Source of the DNA: Actinomycetota bacterium
GTDB lineage: Bacteria > Actinomycetota > Acidimicrobiia > Acidimicrobiales > Ilumatobacteraceae
Direction: 5' to 3'
Assembly: GCA_009924875.1 (NCBI GenBank)
Contig: RFQQ01000001.1
Coordinates: 1-48,847 of the forward strand
Length of the DNA stretch: 48,847 nt
A program made the position numbers and the translations under genes. This document shows, in pieces, positions 37,313 to 46,817 of this stretch. The notes under the pieces were generated by a model. That model did not search any database. It was not told where the DNA came from and saw only the letters and a program-made list of their open reading frames with translations. Every line of letters starts with the position of its first letter. Positions within the stretch are counted from its first letter, which is position 1.

Positions 37313-39682
37313 GTGAAGATCCTGCTCTCCTGGCTCAACTCGTTCGCGGACTTCGCGGATCCCGCCGACGAGGCGGCGGTCGCTTCCATCGCGGCTGATC
37401 TCACCTCGCTCGGCCTCGCCGTCGAGGAGGTCATCCCGATGGGGCTCGGAGTCGACGGCGTCGTGTCGGCACGGGTGCTGCGCGTCGAGACCCACCCCGA
37501 TGCAGCGAAAGTTCGTCGCGTCTGGGTCGACGCGGGAGACGGCGCGGAGCGCCATGTGTGGTGCGGTGCCTCGAACATGGCGGCCGGCGACCTGGTGCCG
37601 CTCGCGACCCTCGGTACCTCGATGCCCGACGGCCGGCTCATCGAGCGTCGCGGAATCCTCGGGATCGACTCCGAGGGCATGCTGTGCTCCGGCGCGGAGC
37701 TGGGTGTCGACGACGACGGCTCCGGAATCCTGCTGCTCGACCCGACCGCCGACCCGGGTCAGCCCTACACGGCGGTGCTCGGCGTCGAGCCCGACGTCCT
37801 CTTCGACATTGACGTCACGCGCAATCGTCCCGACTGCTGGAGCCATCTCGGGGTCGCCCGAGACCTCGCGGCGAAACGGGGCCACGAGCTGCGTCCTCCG
37901 TCCAGCCCGTTCGCTCGCGGAGGAGAGGAGCGCTCTGTCCCGGTGGAGATCCTCGCCGGTGAGCGCTGCGGGCGGTTCACGACGACGGTGCTCTCAGGGG
38001 TCCGAGTCACCCAGAGCCCTGCGTGGATCCGCCGCCGACTGGCCGCCGCGGGAATGCGACCGATCAACAACGTGGTCGATGTCTCCAACCTCGTCATGCT
38101 CGAGCTCGGTCAGCCGAATCACGCGTACGACCTCGAGCGATTGGGTAAGGGAGCACTCCGGGTTCGCCTCGCGGCCGAAGGTGAGCGGCTGATGACCCTC
38201 GATGGTGTCGAGCGGACGCTCCAGAGCTCCGACCTGCTGATCTGCGATGGTGATGACCGACCGGTGGGTCTCGGTGGTGTCATGGGTGGCCTCGACAGTG
38301 AGATCTCCGAGGAGACGACCACCGTGGCCCTTGAGATGGCCTGGTTCGCCTCTCGTGGTGTGATGGAGACGGCCGCTCGGCACAGCCTGCGTAGCGAGGC
38401 GTCCGCGCGGTACGAGCGGGGTGTGGATCCGTATGTGATCGATCGCGCGATCGATCGATTCTGTGACCTTCTCGCTGAATCCTGCCCGGACCTCGTCGCG
38501 CATCCCGGTGGAGCGGACGTTCGCTCTGAGCACCTTCCCGAAGTGCACCGCAGTACCCCGCTTCGACTCTCGGTGCTGGATCGGGTGCTCGGCGTCGTTC
38601 TCGGTCCCGCCCGGGTGACTGAGATGTTGGCCCCGATCGGGTTCGACGTCGTGGGTGACGGGCCCGAGGTGACGGTGAGCCTCCCCAGTTGGCGACCCGA
38701 CTCCACTGAGGAGATCGATGTCGTCGAGGAGGTCGCGAGGCTGCATGGCTATGAGCACCTCGGGCGCACCGTCCCGCGAGCCGATGTCTTCGGTCATCTC
38801 ACTCCGGCACAGCAGCGCCGTCGAGCGACCCGTGAGGTCCTCGTAGGACTTGGGATCTCTGAGGCGATGCCGAGTCCGTTCCTCGCCCCGGGTGATCTCG
38901 CCCGTGCTGGACTCGAGGGCGATTACCTGTCGATTACCAACCCGCTGGCGGTCGAGGAGAGCGCCTTGCGGACCTCATTGCGTCCGGGTCTGCTCGCCGC
39001 TCTCGCCTACAACGAGTCGCATCGGCGCGATCGCGTGTCGCTCTTCGAAATCGGTCACGTCTATCCGCCGGCCGAGGCCGAACTGCCCGACGAGGCCGAG
39101 GTGCTCGGCGTCGTGCTGGCGGGGCGGGAAGCACCGGCGGCGGTGGCGGTGTGGGACGAACTCTGCGCGGCCCTTGGAGTTGGGGCGCAACTCGATCAGT
39201 CATCGCCGGGGGCTGGGATGCACCCGACCCGTTCGGCGACGCTTCGCGCGGGACGCGACGAACTCGGTGTGGTCGGCGAGATCCATCCCGAGGTGCTCGC
39301 AGAGTTCGGTGTGTCGGAGCGCGTAGCGGTGCTCGAGGTTCGACTCGACGTACTACTCGCTCGGGGTGAACGGGTTCCGCTCGCCGCACCGGTACCGCGC
39401 ACCCCGAGTAGCGATCTCGATCTCGCGTTTGTCCTTGACGACTCGGTTCCCGCTGAGCGTCTGACCAAGGCCCTTCGACAGGCGGCGGCCAACCGATTGG
39501 TGTCGTTAGAGCTCTTCGACGTGTTCCGCGGTGAGTCACTCGGGCCAGGTCGGCGGAGTCTCGCCTATCGACTACGACTTCAAGATCCGTCGGGAAGTCT
39601 GACCGAGGCCGACATCTCCTCGATACGCGATGCCTGCGCTTCAGGCGCTGACCGCGTCGGCGCGGTCCTCCGCGCTCAATGA
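37313..39682 (+). CDS. pheT: Phenylalanine--tRNA ligase beta subunit
   Basis: 789 aa. MKILLSWL start, tRNA-binding domain (HPDAAKVRRVWVD), B3/4 and B5 regions, and a C-terminal anticodon-binding-like domain. Confidence 0.94.
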   Translation: MKILLSWLNSFADFADPADEAAVASIAADLTSLGLAVEEVIPMGLGVDGVVSARVLRVETHPDAAKVRRVWVDAGDGAERHVWCGASNMAAGDLVPLATLGTSMPDGRLIERRGILGIDSEGMLCSGAELGVDDDGSGILLLDPTADPGQPYTAVLGVEPDVLFDIDVTRNRPDCWSHLGVARDLAAKRGHELRPPSSPFARGGEERSVPVEILAGERCGRFTTTVLSGVRVTQSPAWIRRRLAAAGMRPINNVVDVSNLVMLELGQPNHAYDLERLGKGALRVRLAAEGERLMTLDGVERTLQSSDLLICDGDDRPVGLGGVMGGLDSEISEETTTVALEMAWFASRGVMETAARHSLRSEASARYERGVDPYVIDRAIDRFCDLLAESCPDLVAHPGGADVRSEHLPEVHRSTPLRLSVLDRVLGVVLGPARVTEMLAPIGFDVVGDGPEVTVSLPSWRPDSTEEIDVVEEVARLHGYEHLGRTVPRADVFGHLTPAQQRRRATREVLVGLGISEAMPSPFLAPGDLARAGLEGDYLSITNPLAVEESALRTSLRPGLLAALAYNESHRRDRVSLFEIGHVYPPAEAELPDEAEVLGVVLAGREAPAAVAVWDELCAALGVGAQLDQSSPGAGMHPTRSATLRAGRDELGVVGEIHPEVLAEFGVSERVAVLEVRLDVLLARGERVPLAAPVPRTPSSDLDLAFVLDDSVPAERLTKALRQAAANRLVSLELFDVFRGESLGPGRRSLAYRLRLQDPSGSLTEADISSIRDACASGADRVGAVLRAQ

Positions 39683-40234
39683 TCAGTTCGCGCTGAGGTC
39701 GTCCGGAACCTCGGCGAGCCAGGCCAAGCGACCGGTCTGCCGGGCAAGCACCCGTCGCCAGAGGGTTCGCGGGACCGGGTCGACCAGGTCCTCGTCTTTG
39801 GCGTCGAGCACGATCCAAGCTCCGGCGGTGATCTCGCCATCCAGTTGGCCAGGGCCCCAGCCCGAATAACCAGTGAAGACTCGCAGGCCATCCAGGTCGG
39901 GAGCGATCAGCGCCGGGTCCGCGGACAGGTCGACCGAACGCACCCGCCCGATGATGAGGTTCTCCGACTCGGCACCCGCTCGAGCGATACCGAGGGCAAG
40001 GAGCGCTTCAGGGGCGACGGGACCACCGGAGTACAGGATTCCCGGATCCGACAGCAGTGGGGTCCATCGGTCGAGTGGCTCGGGGAGCGGCTCCGCCCCG
40101 GGACGGTTGAGCACGACGCCGACGGCACCGGCGTGATCGTGATCGACGACATATACGACGGTCCGGTCAAAGTTCTCGTCGACGAGCGGAGGGGTGGCGA
40201 CGAGCAGACGTCCCGCTGTCGACACCGGAGGCAT
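39683..40234 (-). CDS. YqgE/AlgH family protein (UPF0301)
   Basis: 183 aa. LLVATPPLVDENFDRTVVYVVDHDHAGAVGVVLNRP and GYSGWGPGQLDGEI are family hallmarks. Confidence 0.85.
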   Translation of the reverse strand: MPPVSTAGRLLVATPPLVDENFDRTVVYVVDHDHAGAVGVVLNRPGAEPLPEPLDRWTPLLSDPGILYSGGPVAPEALLALGIARAGAESENLIIGRVRSVDLSADPALIAPDLDGLRVFTGYSGWGPGQLDGEITAGAWIVLDAKDEDLVDPVPRTLWRRVLARQTGRLAWLAEVPDDLSAN

Positions 40235-40292
40235 AGGGCCAGTTTGGTCGGGGCGGTCACCGTCCGCCCGACGGAGGAGCGGGCATGTTGGA

Positions 40293-40335
40293 TGAGTATG
40301 CGAGATGTCGTATGATCATGCGAATGTTGCGCGCA
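40293..40335 (+). promoter_or_regulatory. Candidate tandem ARG boxes (ArgR operator) plus a -10 element for a leaderless argC
   Basis: Two direct copies of TGAnnATGCGA(n)ATGT start 20 nt apart: TGAGTATGCGAGATGTCG at 40293-310 and TGATCATGCGAATGTTGC at 40313-330. TATGCGAGATGTCGTATG (40297-314) is 12/18 self-complementary. TATGAT (40311-16) ends 7 nt before ATG 40324. Confidence 0.4.
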
Positions 40336-41343
40336 GCGGTCGTCGGTGCCTCCGGGTTCACCGGAGCCGAACTTCTCCGAATCATCGACGGGCACCCCAA
40401 TCTTTCCCTTGAGTCGGCGACCGCGGACGCCTCGGTCGGAGCCGCCATCGCGGACATGCATCCGGCGCTCGGTCTCGCGCATCGAGGGAAGGTCTTCACC
40501 GAGGTCGACATCGACTCCCTCGCGGACATGGATGCGGTGTTTCTCTGCCTGCCCCATGAGGCCTCGCTCGAACTCGTCCCCTCGCTCATCGATCGGGCGG
40601 GCTGCGTGATCGACCTGTCGGCGGCGTTCCGGCTCCGCGACACCGGTGCCTATCCAACGTATTACGGCTTCGAGCACACCCACCCAGAACTCGTCGAACG
40701 GGCGGTCTACGGGCTTCCCGAGATCCACCGCGACGAACTCCGAGGCGCCCGCCTGATCGCGACCCCCGGTTGTTACGTGACCGCCGCTGTGCTCGCGCTT
40801 CGTCCGCTCGTCGCCTCCGGTCTGATCCGCGACCGTGGAATCATCGTCGACGCGGCCAGTGGCGTCACCGGGGCGGGCCGGCGCAGCGAGCACGCCTACT
40901 CGTTCACGACCATTGACGAGAGCATGACCGCCTACGGGCTCGTCAATCATCGCCACACGCCTGAGATGGAGCAGGAGATCGGCGCGGAGCTGCTCTTCAC
41001 CCCGCATCTCGTCCCCATGAAGCGGGGCATTCTCGCCACGTGCTACGCGGAGCCGAGTGACCGCACGATCACTGAGACCGCTGTCCTTGACGCACTACGG
41101 GAGGCCTACGACGGGGAGCCCTTTGTCCTCGTCGACCGCGCGATTCCCGCCACCGGGTCGACGACGGGCAGCAACGCGGTGCACATCACCGCGCGGCTCG
41201 ATCAGCGGACTGGACGCGTCATCGTGGTGAGCGCGATCGACAACTTGGCCAAGGGGGCCTCCGGTGGCGCGGTGCAGGCCGCCAATGTCGCCCTCGGTCT
41301 TCCCGAGACCGCGGGCTTGAGCAGGATCGGAGTCGCCCCATGA
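40324..41343 (+). CDS. argC: N-acetyl-gamma-glutamyl-phosphate reductase
   Basis: 339 aa from ATG 40324 (MLRAAVVGASGFTGAELLR). TPGCYVTA (catalytic Cys), NLAKGASG. Upstream in-frame ATGs at 40285, 40312 and 40318 are possible. Confidence 0.92.
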   Translation: MLRAAVVGASGFTGAELLRIIDGHPNLSLESATADASVGAAIADMHPALGLAHRGKVFTEVDIDSLADMDAVFLCLPHEASLELVPSLIDRAGCVIDLSAAFRLRDTGAYPTYYGFEHTHPELVERAVYGLPEIHRDELRGARLIATPGCYVTAAVLALRPLVASGLIRDRGIIVDAASGVTGAGRRSEHAYSFTTIDESMTAYGLVNHRHTPEMEQEIGAELLFTPHLVPMKRGILATCYAEPSDRTITETAVLDALREAYDGEPFVLVDRAIPATGSTTGSNAVHITARLDQRTGRVIVVSAIDNLAKGASGGAVQAANVALGLPETAGLSRIGVAP

Positions 41344-42218
41344 TCGGAGACGCAGCGAGTCGGGCCGCGACGTTGGTCGAGGCCCTGCCGTTCATCAGGC
41401 GTTTCGCCGGCAAGGTCGTCGTCGTCAAATACGGGGGGAATGCTCTCGCCGGTACCTCGGGGCACGACGCCCTCGACGTGTTCGCTCGTGACATCGTGCT
41501 CATGCGGCTCGTCGGCATGCGACCGGTCGTCGTACACGGTGGCGGTCCTCAGATCAGCGAACTCATGTCCAAACTCGGGAAGGAGTCCGAGTTTCGCAAT
41601 GGACTCCGCGTCACCGATGCCGAGACCGTCGATATCGCCCGGATGGTCCTCATCGGGCAGGTCAACCCTCAGATCGTCTCGGCGATCAATGTCCACGGCG
41701 ACTTCGCGGTCGGGGTGAGCGGGGAGGACGGTGGCCTGATTCGCGCGGTGGCCCGCGATCCCGATCTCGGCTACGTCGGCGACGTCGTGCGGGTCAATCC
41801 TGCCGTGCTCGACCGGCTCATCGAGGATGAGTTCATCCCCGTCGTCGCGACGGTCGGCACCGACGAGGATGGCCAGGCCTACAACATCAACGCCGACACC
41901 GTCGCGGGAGAGGTAGCCGTGGCGCTGGGTGCCGAGAAGCTCGTCTACCTCACCGACGTCGAGGGCCTCCGACGCGATGTCGATGACCCCGACAGTCTCA
42001 TCCGGCAGACCACCCCCGATGAGTTGGACGACCTAATCGCGGACGGCACGATCGCCGGGGGCATGATCCCGAAGGTCTCGAGCTGTGTTGACGCGGTCCG
42101 TCGCGGCGTGCGCCGTGCGCACATCCTCGACGGTCGTATCGAGCACGTCCTGCTGCTCGAGCTGCTGACCCTCGAGGGCATCGGGACGATGGTCGAGGAG
42201 AACGAGGAGGAACGATGA
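41340..42218 (+). CDS. argB: Acetylglutamate kinase
   Basis: 292 aa. VVVKYGGNAL, VVHGGGPQI, NINADTVAGEVA. ATGA overlap with argC. Confidence 0.93.
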   Translation: MIGDAASRAATLVEALPFIRRFAGKVVVVKYGGNALAGTSGHDALDVFARDIVLMRLVGMRPVVVHGGGPQISELMSKLGKESEFRNGLRVTDAETVDIARMVLIGQVNPQIVSAINVHGDFAVGVSGEDGGLIRAVARDPDLGYVGDVVRVNPAVLDRLIEDEFIPVVATVGTDEDGQAYNINADTVAGEVAVALGAEKLVYLTDVEGLRRDVDDPDSLIRQTTPDELDDLIADGTIAGGMIPKVSSCVDAVRRGVRRAHILDGRIEHVLLLELLTLEGIGTMVEENEEER

Positions 42219-43441
42219 GCGGCCACGCATTCGATATCGCTGGGCAGGACCATTGCCCGTTCATGCCGGTCTTCGGACCCCCGGCCCGCATGATTGTCAA
42301 AGGTGCCGGCACCGAGGTCTGGGATAGCGAGGGCCGGCGGTTGCTCGACTTCCTGTCGGGAATCGCGGTGGTCTCACTCGGTCATGCCAATGAGAAGGTG
42401 GCCGAAGCCATCTCGCAGCAGGCGCGCACCCTCGTCCATGTGTCCAACTTCTTCGCCAATCCGGTCGCCACGGAGGCCGCACAGCGGATCAACGATCTCC
42501 TCGCGGCGGCGACGGGTCATAGGGGGCAGGTGTTCTTCACGAACTCAGGTGCCGAGGCGAACGAGTGCGCCATCAAGCTCGCCCGCCGTCACGGTGGGCG
42601 CGGCCGCCATACCGTGGTAAGCGCGCTCGGCTCGTTTCACGGTCGCACCCTCGCGACACTCGCCGCGACCGGCCAGCCGTCCAAGCATGAGCCCTTCCAG
42701 CCGATGCCCGAGGGGTTCCGCCATGTCGCGTGGGGTGATCTCGAGGCGATGACCGCGGCCGTCGACGCCTCAGTCGCTGCCGTCCTCATCGAGCCGATCC
42801 AGGGCGAAGGTGGCGTACAGCCCGCACCAGCGGGATATCTGGAGGGCATCCGCGCGCTGTGCGACGCCACCGGTGCCCTGCTGATCGTCGACGAGGTGCA
42901 GACCGGCTTCGCGAGGACCGGGCGATGGTTCGGTTTCGAGCACGCCGGCGTGTCACCGGATGTGGTCACGATGGCCAAGGGGATGGGCAACGGGATGCCC
43001 ATTGGCGCGTGCTGGGCGCGGAGCGAGATCGCGCGCTCGTTCAGTCCCGGGGACCACGGCAGCACCTTCAGCGGAACGGCTCTTGCCACCTCAGCCGTCC
43101 TGGCCGTGATCGAGGAAATGGAACGGCTCGCGGCGCCGGGGCTGGCGGTGTCGGGTGGCGAGCGCGTCCGGGCCTCGTTGAGCGGTCGGCGCGGAATCGA
43201 CGGAGTCCGAGGCTCGGGTCTCCTACTCGGCGTGGAGCTCGCGGCCGGAGTGGTCGCGGCCGAGGTCGCCGCGGCCTGTCTCGAGTCAGGTCTGATCGTG
43301 AACGCGGTCAACCCCTCGACGATCCGGCTCGCTCCGCCGCTCACCGTCAGCGATGCGGAGATCGACGAGGCGATGGAGATCCTCGCTGGCGTGGTCGCCG
43401 CTCTCGTCCCTGACGGCTCGTCTGATGGTGGCGACCGATGA
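42215..43441 (+). CDS. argD: Acetylornithine aminotransferase
   Basis: 408 aa. FTNSGAEANE, DEVQTGFARTG, VTMAKGMGNGMPIG (PLP lysine), HGSTFSG. Confidence 0.92.
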   Translation: MSGHAFDIAGQDHCPFMPVFGPPARMIVKGAGTEVWDSEGRRLLDFLSGIAVVSLGHANEKVAEAISQQARTLVHVSNFFANPVATEAAQRINDLLAAATGHRGQVFFTNSGAEANECAIKLARRHGGRGRHTVVSALGSFHGRTLATLAATGQPSKHEPFQPMPEGFRHVAWGDLEAMTAAVDASVAAVLIEPIQGEGGVQPAPAGYLEGIRALCDATGALLIVDEVQTGFARTGRWFGFEHAGVSPDVVTMAKGMGNGMPIGACWARSEIARSFSPGDHGSTFSGTALATSAVLAVIEEMERLAAPGLAVSGGERVRASLSGRRGIDGVRGSGLLLGVELAAGVVAAEVAAACLESGLIVNAVNPSTIRLAPPLTVSDAEIDEAMEILAGVVAALVPDGSSDGGDR

Positions 43442-44346
43442 GCGGGTTGCGAGCGATGCTCGACATCACGGACCTCGGCGCGGACGCGCTTCGTGAGGTC
43501 CTCGATCTCTCGCGGCGGCCGATCGTCGAGCTCGGACGGCCGCTTGAGGGCGACGGAGTCGCGCTCGTCTTCGAGAAGCCGTCGAACCGGACGCGTCACT
43601 CGATGGAGATGGCCGTGGTTCAGCTCGGTGGTCATCCTGTCTACACCCGTGGTGAGGAGGTCGGGCTCGACTCCCGGGAGCCGGTTGAGGATGTGATCCG
43701 GGTGCTGGCTGGCTATCACCGGATCGTGGCCGCCCGCGTGTTCGACCATGGGCACCTCGTTCGCATGCGGGACGCTGATGTGACCACGGTGGTCAATCTT
43801 CTGTCGGATCGGTCGCATCCGATGCAGGCGCTCGCTGACGTCTTGACCATGAGTCGCGAGTTCGGCGATCTCTCGGGACGTACGGTCGCTTGGGTCGGTG
43901 ACTACAACAACGTCGCTCGATCGCTCTCGGAAGCGTCGCTCCTGCTCGGGATGGAGGTGCGGCTCGCGTGTCCGGATGGATACCACGCCTCTGTCGAGGA
44001 ACTCGAACGCCTCTCCAGGCTCGGTTCGGGGTCCGTCACCCAGAGCGCCGACCCGAGGGTGGCGGTTACGGGAGCCCACGCGGTTCATACCGATACGTGG
44101 GTGTCGATGGGCCAAGAGGACGACGCCGCTGTGCGCCGGGCGGCCTTCGCTGAGTACACCGTCGATGGAGCGCTCATGGAAGCGGCGGCCACTGAGGCGA
44201 TCTTCATGCACTGCATGCCCGCCTATCGGGGCCTCGAGGTCACCGCTGAGGTCTTCGATGGTCCGAGGAGTCGGGTCATCGAGCAGGCTCACGACCGGAT
44301 GCACGCGGCCCGCGGGCTGCTGGCTTACATGGCGGGCGCGCGATGA
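43438..44346 (+). CDS. argF: Ornithine carbamoyltransferase
   Basis: 302 aa. FEKPSNRTRHS, SHPMQALAD, DTWVSMG, HCMPAYRG. Confidence 0.93.
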   Translation: MSGLRAMLDITDLGADALREVLDLSRRPIVELGRPLEGDGVALVFEKPSNRTRHSMEMAVVQLGGHPVYTRGEEVGLDSREPVEDVIRVLAGYHRIVAARVFDHGHLVRMRDADVTTVVNLLSDRSHPMQALADVLTMSREFGDLSGRTVAWVGDYNNVARSLSEASLLLGMEVRLACPDGYHASVEELERLSRLGSGSVTQSADPRVAVTGAHAVHTDTWVSMGQEDDAAVRRAAFAEYTVDGALMEAAATEAIFMHCMPAYRGLEVTAEVFDGPRSRVIEQAHDRMHAARGLLAYMAGAR

Positions 44347-44825
44347 GCGCGAAGGCGCGCCGGCAGCAGGCGGTTACGCGACTCATCGAGGCCTCTGAAA
44401 TCGTGAGTCAGTCCCAGCTCGTCGATCTGCTCTCGGCCGAGGGCATCTCGGCGACGCAGGCCACCGTGTCTCGTGATCTCGACGACATCGGGGCCATCAA
44501 GATCCGCTCATCGGCTGGACAGTCGGTTTATGCGCTCCCGGTGTTCGCCCCCGACCGTGTCGCTCCGCTTGATCAGCTGCGCCGGGTGATGGGCGAGTGG
44601 GTGGCCGAGGTGACCCATTCGGGTGCCATCGTTGTCGTGCGCACCCCGCCCGGTTGTGCCCATGTGGTCGCCTCCGCGCTCGATCGCAGTGGGGTGGAGG
44701 GTCTCATCGGAACCGTGGCCGGAGATGACACGATGCTCTGCGTGGCGTCGGAGGATGTGGGTGGGCGACGGCTAGCCGAGTCGCTGCGTGAACTGGCGGG
44801 CATCGATGAGGGGTCACCTCGATGA
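44343..44825 (+). CDS. argR: Arginine repressor
   Basis: 160 aa. Winged-helix N-terminus (SQSQLVDLLSAEGISATQATVSRDLDDIG) and C-terminal GTVAGDDTMLCV (arginine-binding oligomerisation domain). Confidence 0.9.
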   Translation: MSAKARRQQAVTRLIEASEIVSQSQLVDLLSAEGISATQATVSRDLDDIGAIKIRSSAGQSVYALPVFAPDRVAPLDQLRRVMGEWVAEVTHSGAIVVVRTPPGCAHVVASALDRSGVEGLIGTVAGDDTMLCVASEDVGGRRLAESLRELAGIDEGSPR

Positions 44826-46213
44826 GCGGCTCGACGCTCTGGCACGGTCGGTTCGAAGGCGGCCCGGCTGAGGCGCTCATGGCCTACACAGTGAGCCTGC
44901 CCTTCGACCGGCGACTCGGTACCCAGGATGTCCGCGGTTCGAGGGCCCACGTTGCCGGTCTGATCCGCGCCGGGCTCATGTCCGCTGACGATGGGGAGCG
45001 GGTCATCGCGGCCCTCGACCAGGTGGAGACCGAGTTGGTGGCGGGAACTCTCGACTTTCTTCCCTCCGATGAGGACATTCACACCGCCGTCGAGCGGCGG
45101 GTCACCGAACTCGCCGGGGAGGCCGGAGCCCGACTCCACACCGCTCGAAGCCGTAACGATCAGGTCGCCACCGATCTCCGGCTCTGGACCCGCGAGGCGC
45201 TACTCGACGTCGTCGACGGCGTACTCGCCCTTCAAGGAGTGCTCGCGACTCGGGCAGGGGAGTCATTCGATATCACCCTGCCGGGATACACCCACCTTCA
45301 GCGTGCCCAATCGGTGTCGCTGGCGCATCATCTGATGGCGCATGCCTGGGCGCTCTCGCGCGACGTGGATCGGCTGCTCGCGACGGTCGCCCGGGCCGAT
45401 GTGTCACCGCTGGGAGCGGGGGCGCTCGCCGGTACCTCACTGCCGATCGATCCAGAGTTCACGGCACGGGAACTTGGGTTCTCCTCCGTCTTCGAGAACT
45501 CCCTCGACGTGGTCGGCGATCGCGATTTCGTGGCCGAGGCGCTCTTCGATCTCGCGCTGCTCGGCGTCCACCTCTCGCGGATCGGCGAGGAGTGGGTGTT
45601 GTGGACGTCGGAGGAGTTCGGGTTCGCCGTCCTCGACGATGCGTACGCCACTGGCTCCTCGATGCTCCCGCAGAAGAAGAATGCCGATATCGCGGAACTG
45701 GCGAGGGGTAAGTCGGGTCGCCTGATCGGGCACCTCACCGGCCTTCTCGCGACGCTGAAGGGTCTTCCGCTCGCCTACAACCGCGACCTCCAAGAGGACA
45801 AGGAGCCGCTCTTCGACGCGGTGGATCAGATCGTGCTGGCCCTCACGGCGGTAGGCGGAATGATCGCGACGGCGAAATTCGTTCCGGAGGCGATGGCGCA
45901 GGCCTCCGGTGCCGAGGTGCTCGCCGCCACGGACCTCGCGGAGTTCCTGGTGCGTTCCGGTCGACCGTTCCGGGAGGCGCACGCCACGGTCGGCGCGTTG
46001 GTGCGTCGTCATCTCGCGGGGGAGGGTTCGCTGGCCGACATCGCAGCGGACGCGCTCGGTGAGGAGGTGCGCGGTTTCTTCGGAGGAGTGAACGGCGCCG
46101 CGATGCGGACCTCCCGGGGAGGCGGTTCGCCGGCGGCGGCTCGCGACCAGCATGCGCGATTGATGGCCCGCTTGCAGGCCGATGAATCGCGCCGCGGTGG
46201 GTGGTCGGGGTGA
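44822..46213 (+). CDS. argH: Argininosuccinate lyase
   Basis: 463 aa. LWHGRF, SRNDQVATDLRLW, GYTHLQRAQ, GSSMLPQKKNADIAEL (fumarate-lyase signature). Confidence 0.94.
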   Translation: MSGSTLWHGRFEGGPAEALMAYTVSLPFDRRLGTQDVRGSRAHVAGLIRAGLMSADDGERVIAALDQVETELVAGTLDFLPSDEDIHTAVERRVTELAGEAGARLHTARSRNDQVATDLRLWTREALLDVVDGVLALQGVLATRAGESFDITLPGYTHLQRAQSVSLAHHLMAHAWALSRDVDRLLATVARADVSPLGAGALAGTSLPIDPEFTARELGFSSVFENSLDVVGDRDFVAEALFDLALLGVHLSRIGEEWVLWTSEEFGFAVLDDAYATGSSMLPQKKNADIAELARGKSGRLIGHLTGLLATLKGLPLAYNRDLQEDKEPLFDAVDQIVLALTAVGGMIATAKFVPEAMAQASGAEVLAATDLAEFLVRSGRPFREAHATVGALVRRHLAGEGSLADIAADALGEEVRGFFGGVNGAAMRTSRGGGSPAAARDQHARLMARLQADESRRGGWSG

Positions 46214-46805
46214 GCGATACCCGATTTCTCGCGGAGGTGTTGGTGACGATGCTCGTCATCATGGATCCGGTCGGGAACGTGCCGATTTTCCTCTCGGTGA
46301 CCCGACGGCTCTCCGCCGGTGCACGGAACCGGGCCGCACTCGTCGCAGTGGTGACCGCGGCCGCCGTGATCGGGATCTTCGCCATCCTCGGACGCCAGGT
46401 GCTCGACTACCTCGACGTGTCGGTGCCCGCGCTCCAGGGGGCTGGAGGGTTGCTGCTGTTACTCGTCGCGCTCGAACTCCTCACGGGTTCTGATCGAGAT
46501 GAGGCCGATGCCATCGATCCGGACGACCACGTCGGTGTCGCGATGGTGCCCCTCGGCACGCCGCTCCTCGCCGGACCGGGGGCCATCGTGGCGACCATCG
46601 TCTTCGTCGGTCGGGCGAATGACGCCGCCGACCGGGGACTGATCGCCCTCGCGATAGCGGGAGTGCTCCTCTCTCGGGTCTCCTCATCCGCGTTCTCCGC
46701 AACTCCGGCATCCTGCTCCTCAGCCGGATCGCCGGTCTGCTGCTCGCCGCGATCGCCGTGCAGATGCTCGCCGACGCGGTGATCGCGTTCGCCCGTCAGA
46801 TTTGA
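46210..46805 (+). pseudogene. MarC-family (UPF0056) membrane protein gene interrupted by a frameshift
   Basis: Frame 1 gives a good MarC-like N-terminus (FLAEVLVTMLVIMDPVGNVPIFLS...MVPLGTPLLAGPGAI). It degenerates after about 46670 into Ser/Cys/Pro-rich text and stops at 46782. The -1 frame continues from the CT-rich run at 46668-46680 as GLLIRVLRNSGILLLSRIAGLLLAAIAVQMLADAVIAFARQI* (stop 46803-05). The total span of 596 nt is one nt short of a multiple of 3. Confidence 0.7.
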
Positions 46806-46817
46806 TCGCGCCCGCAC

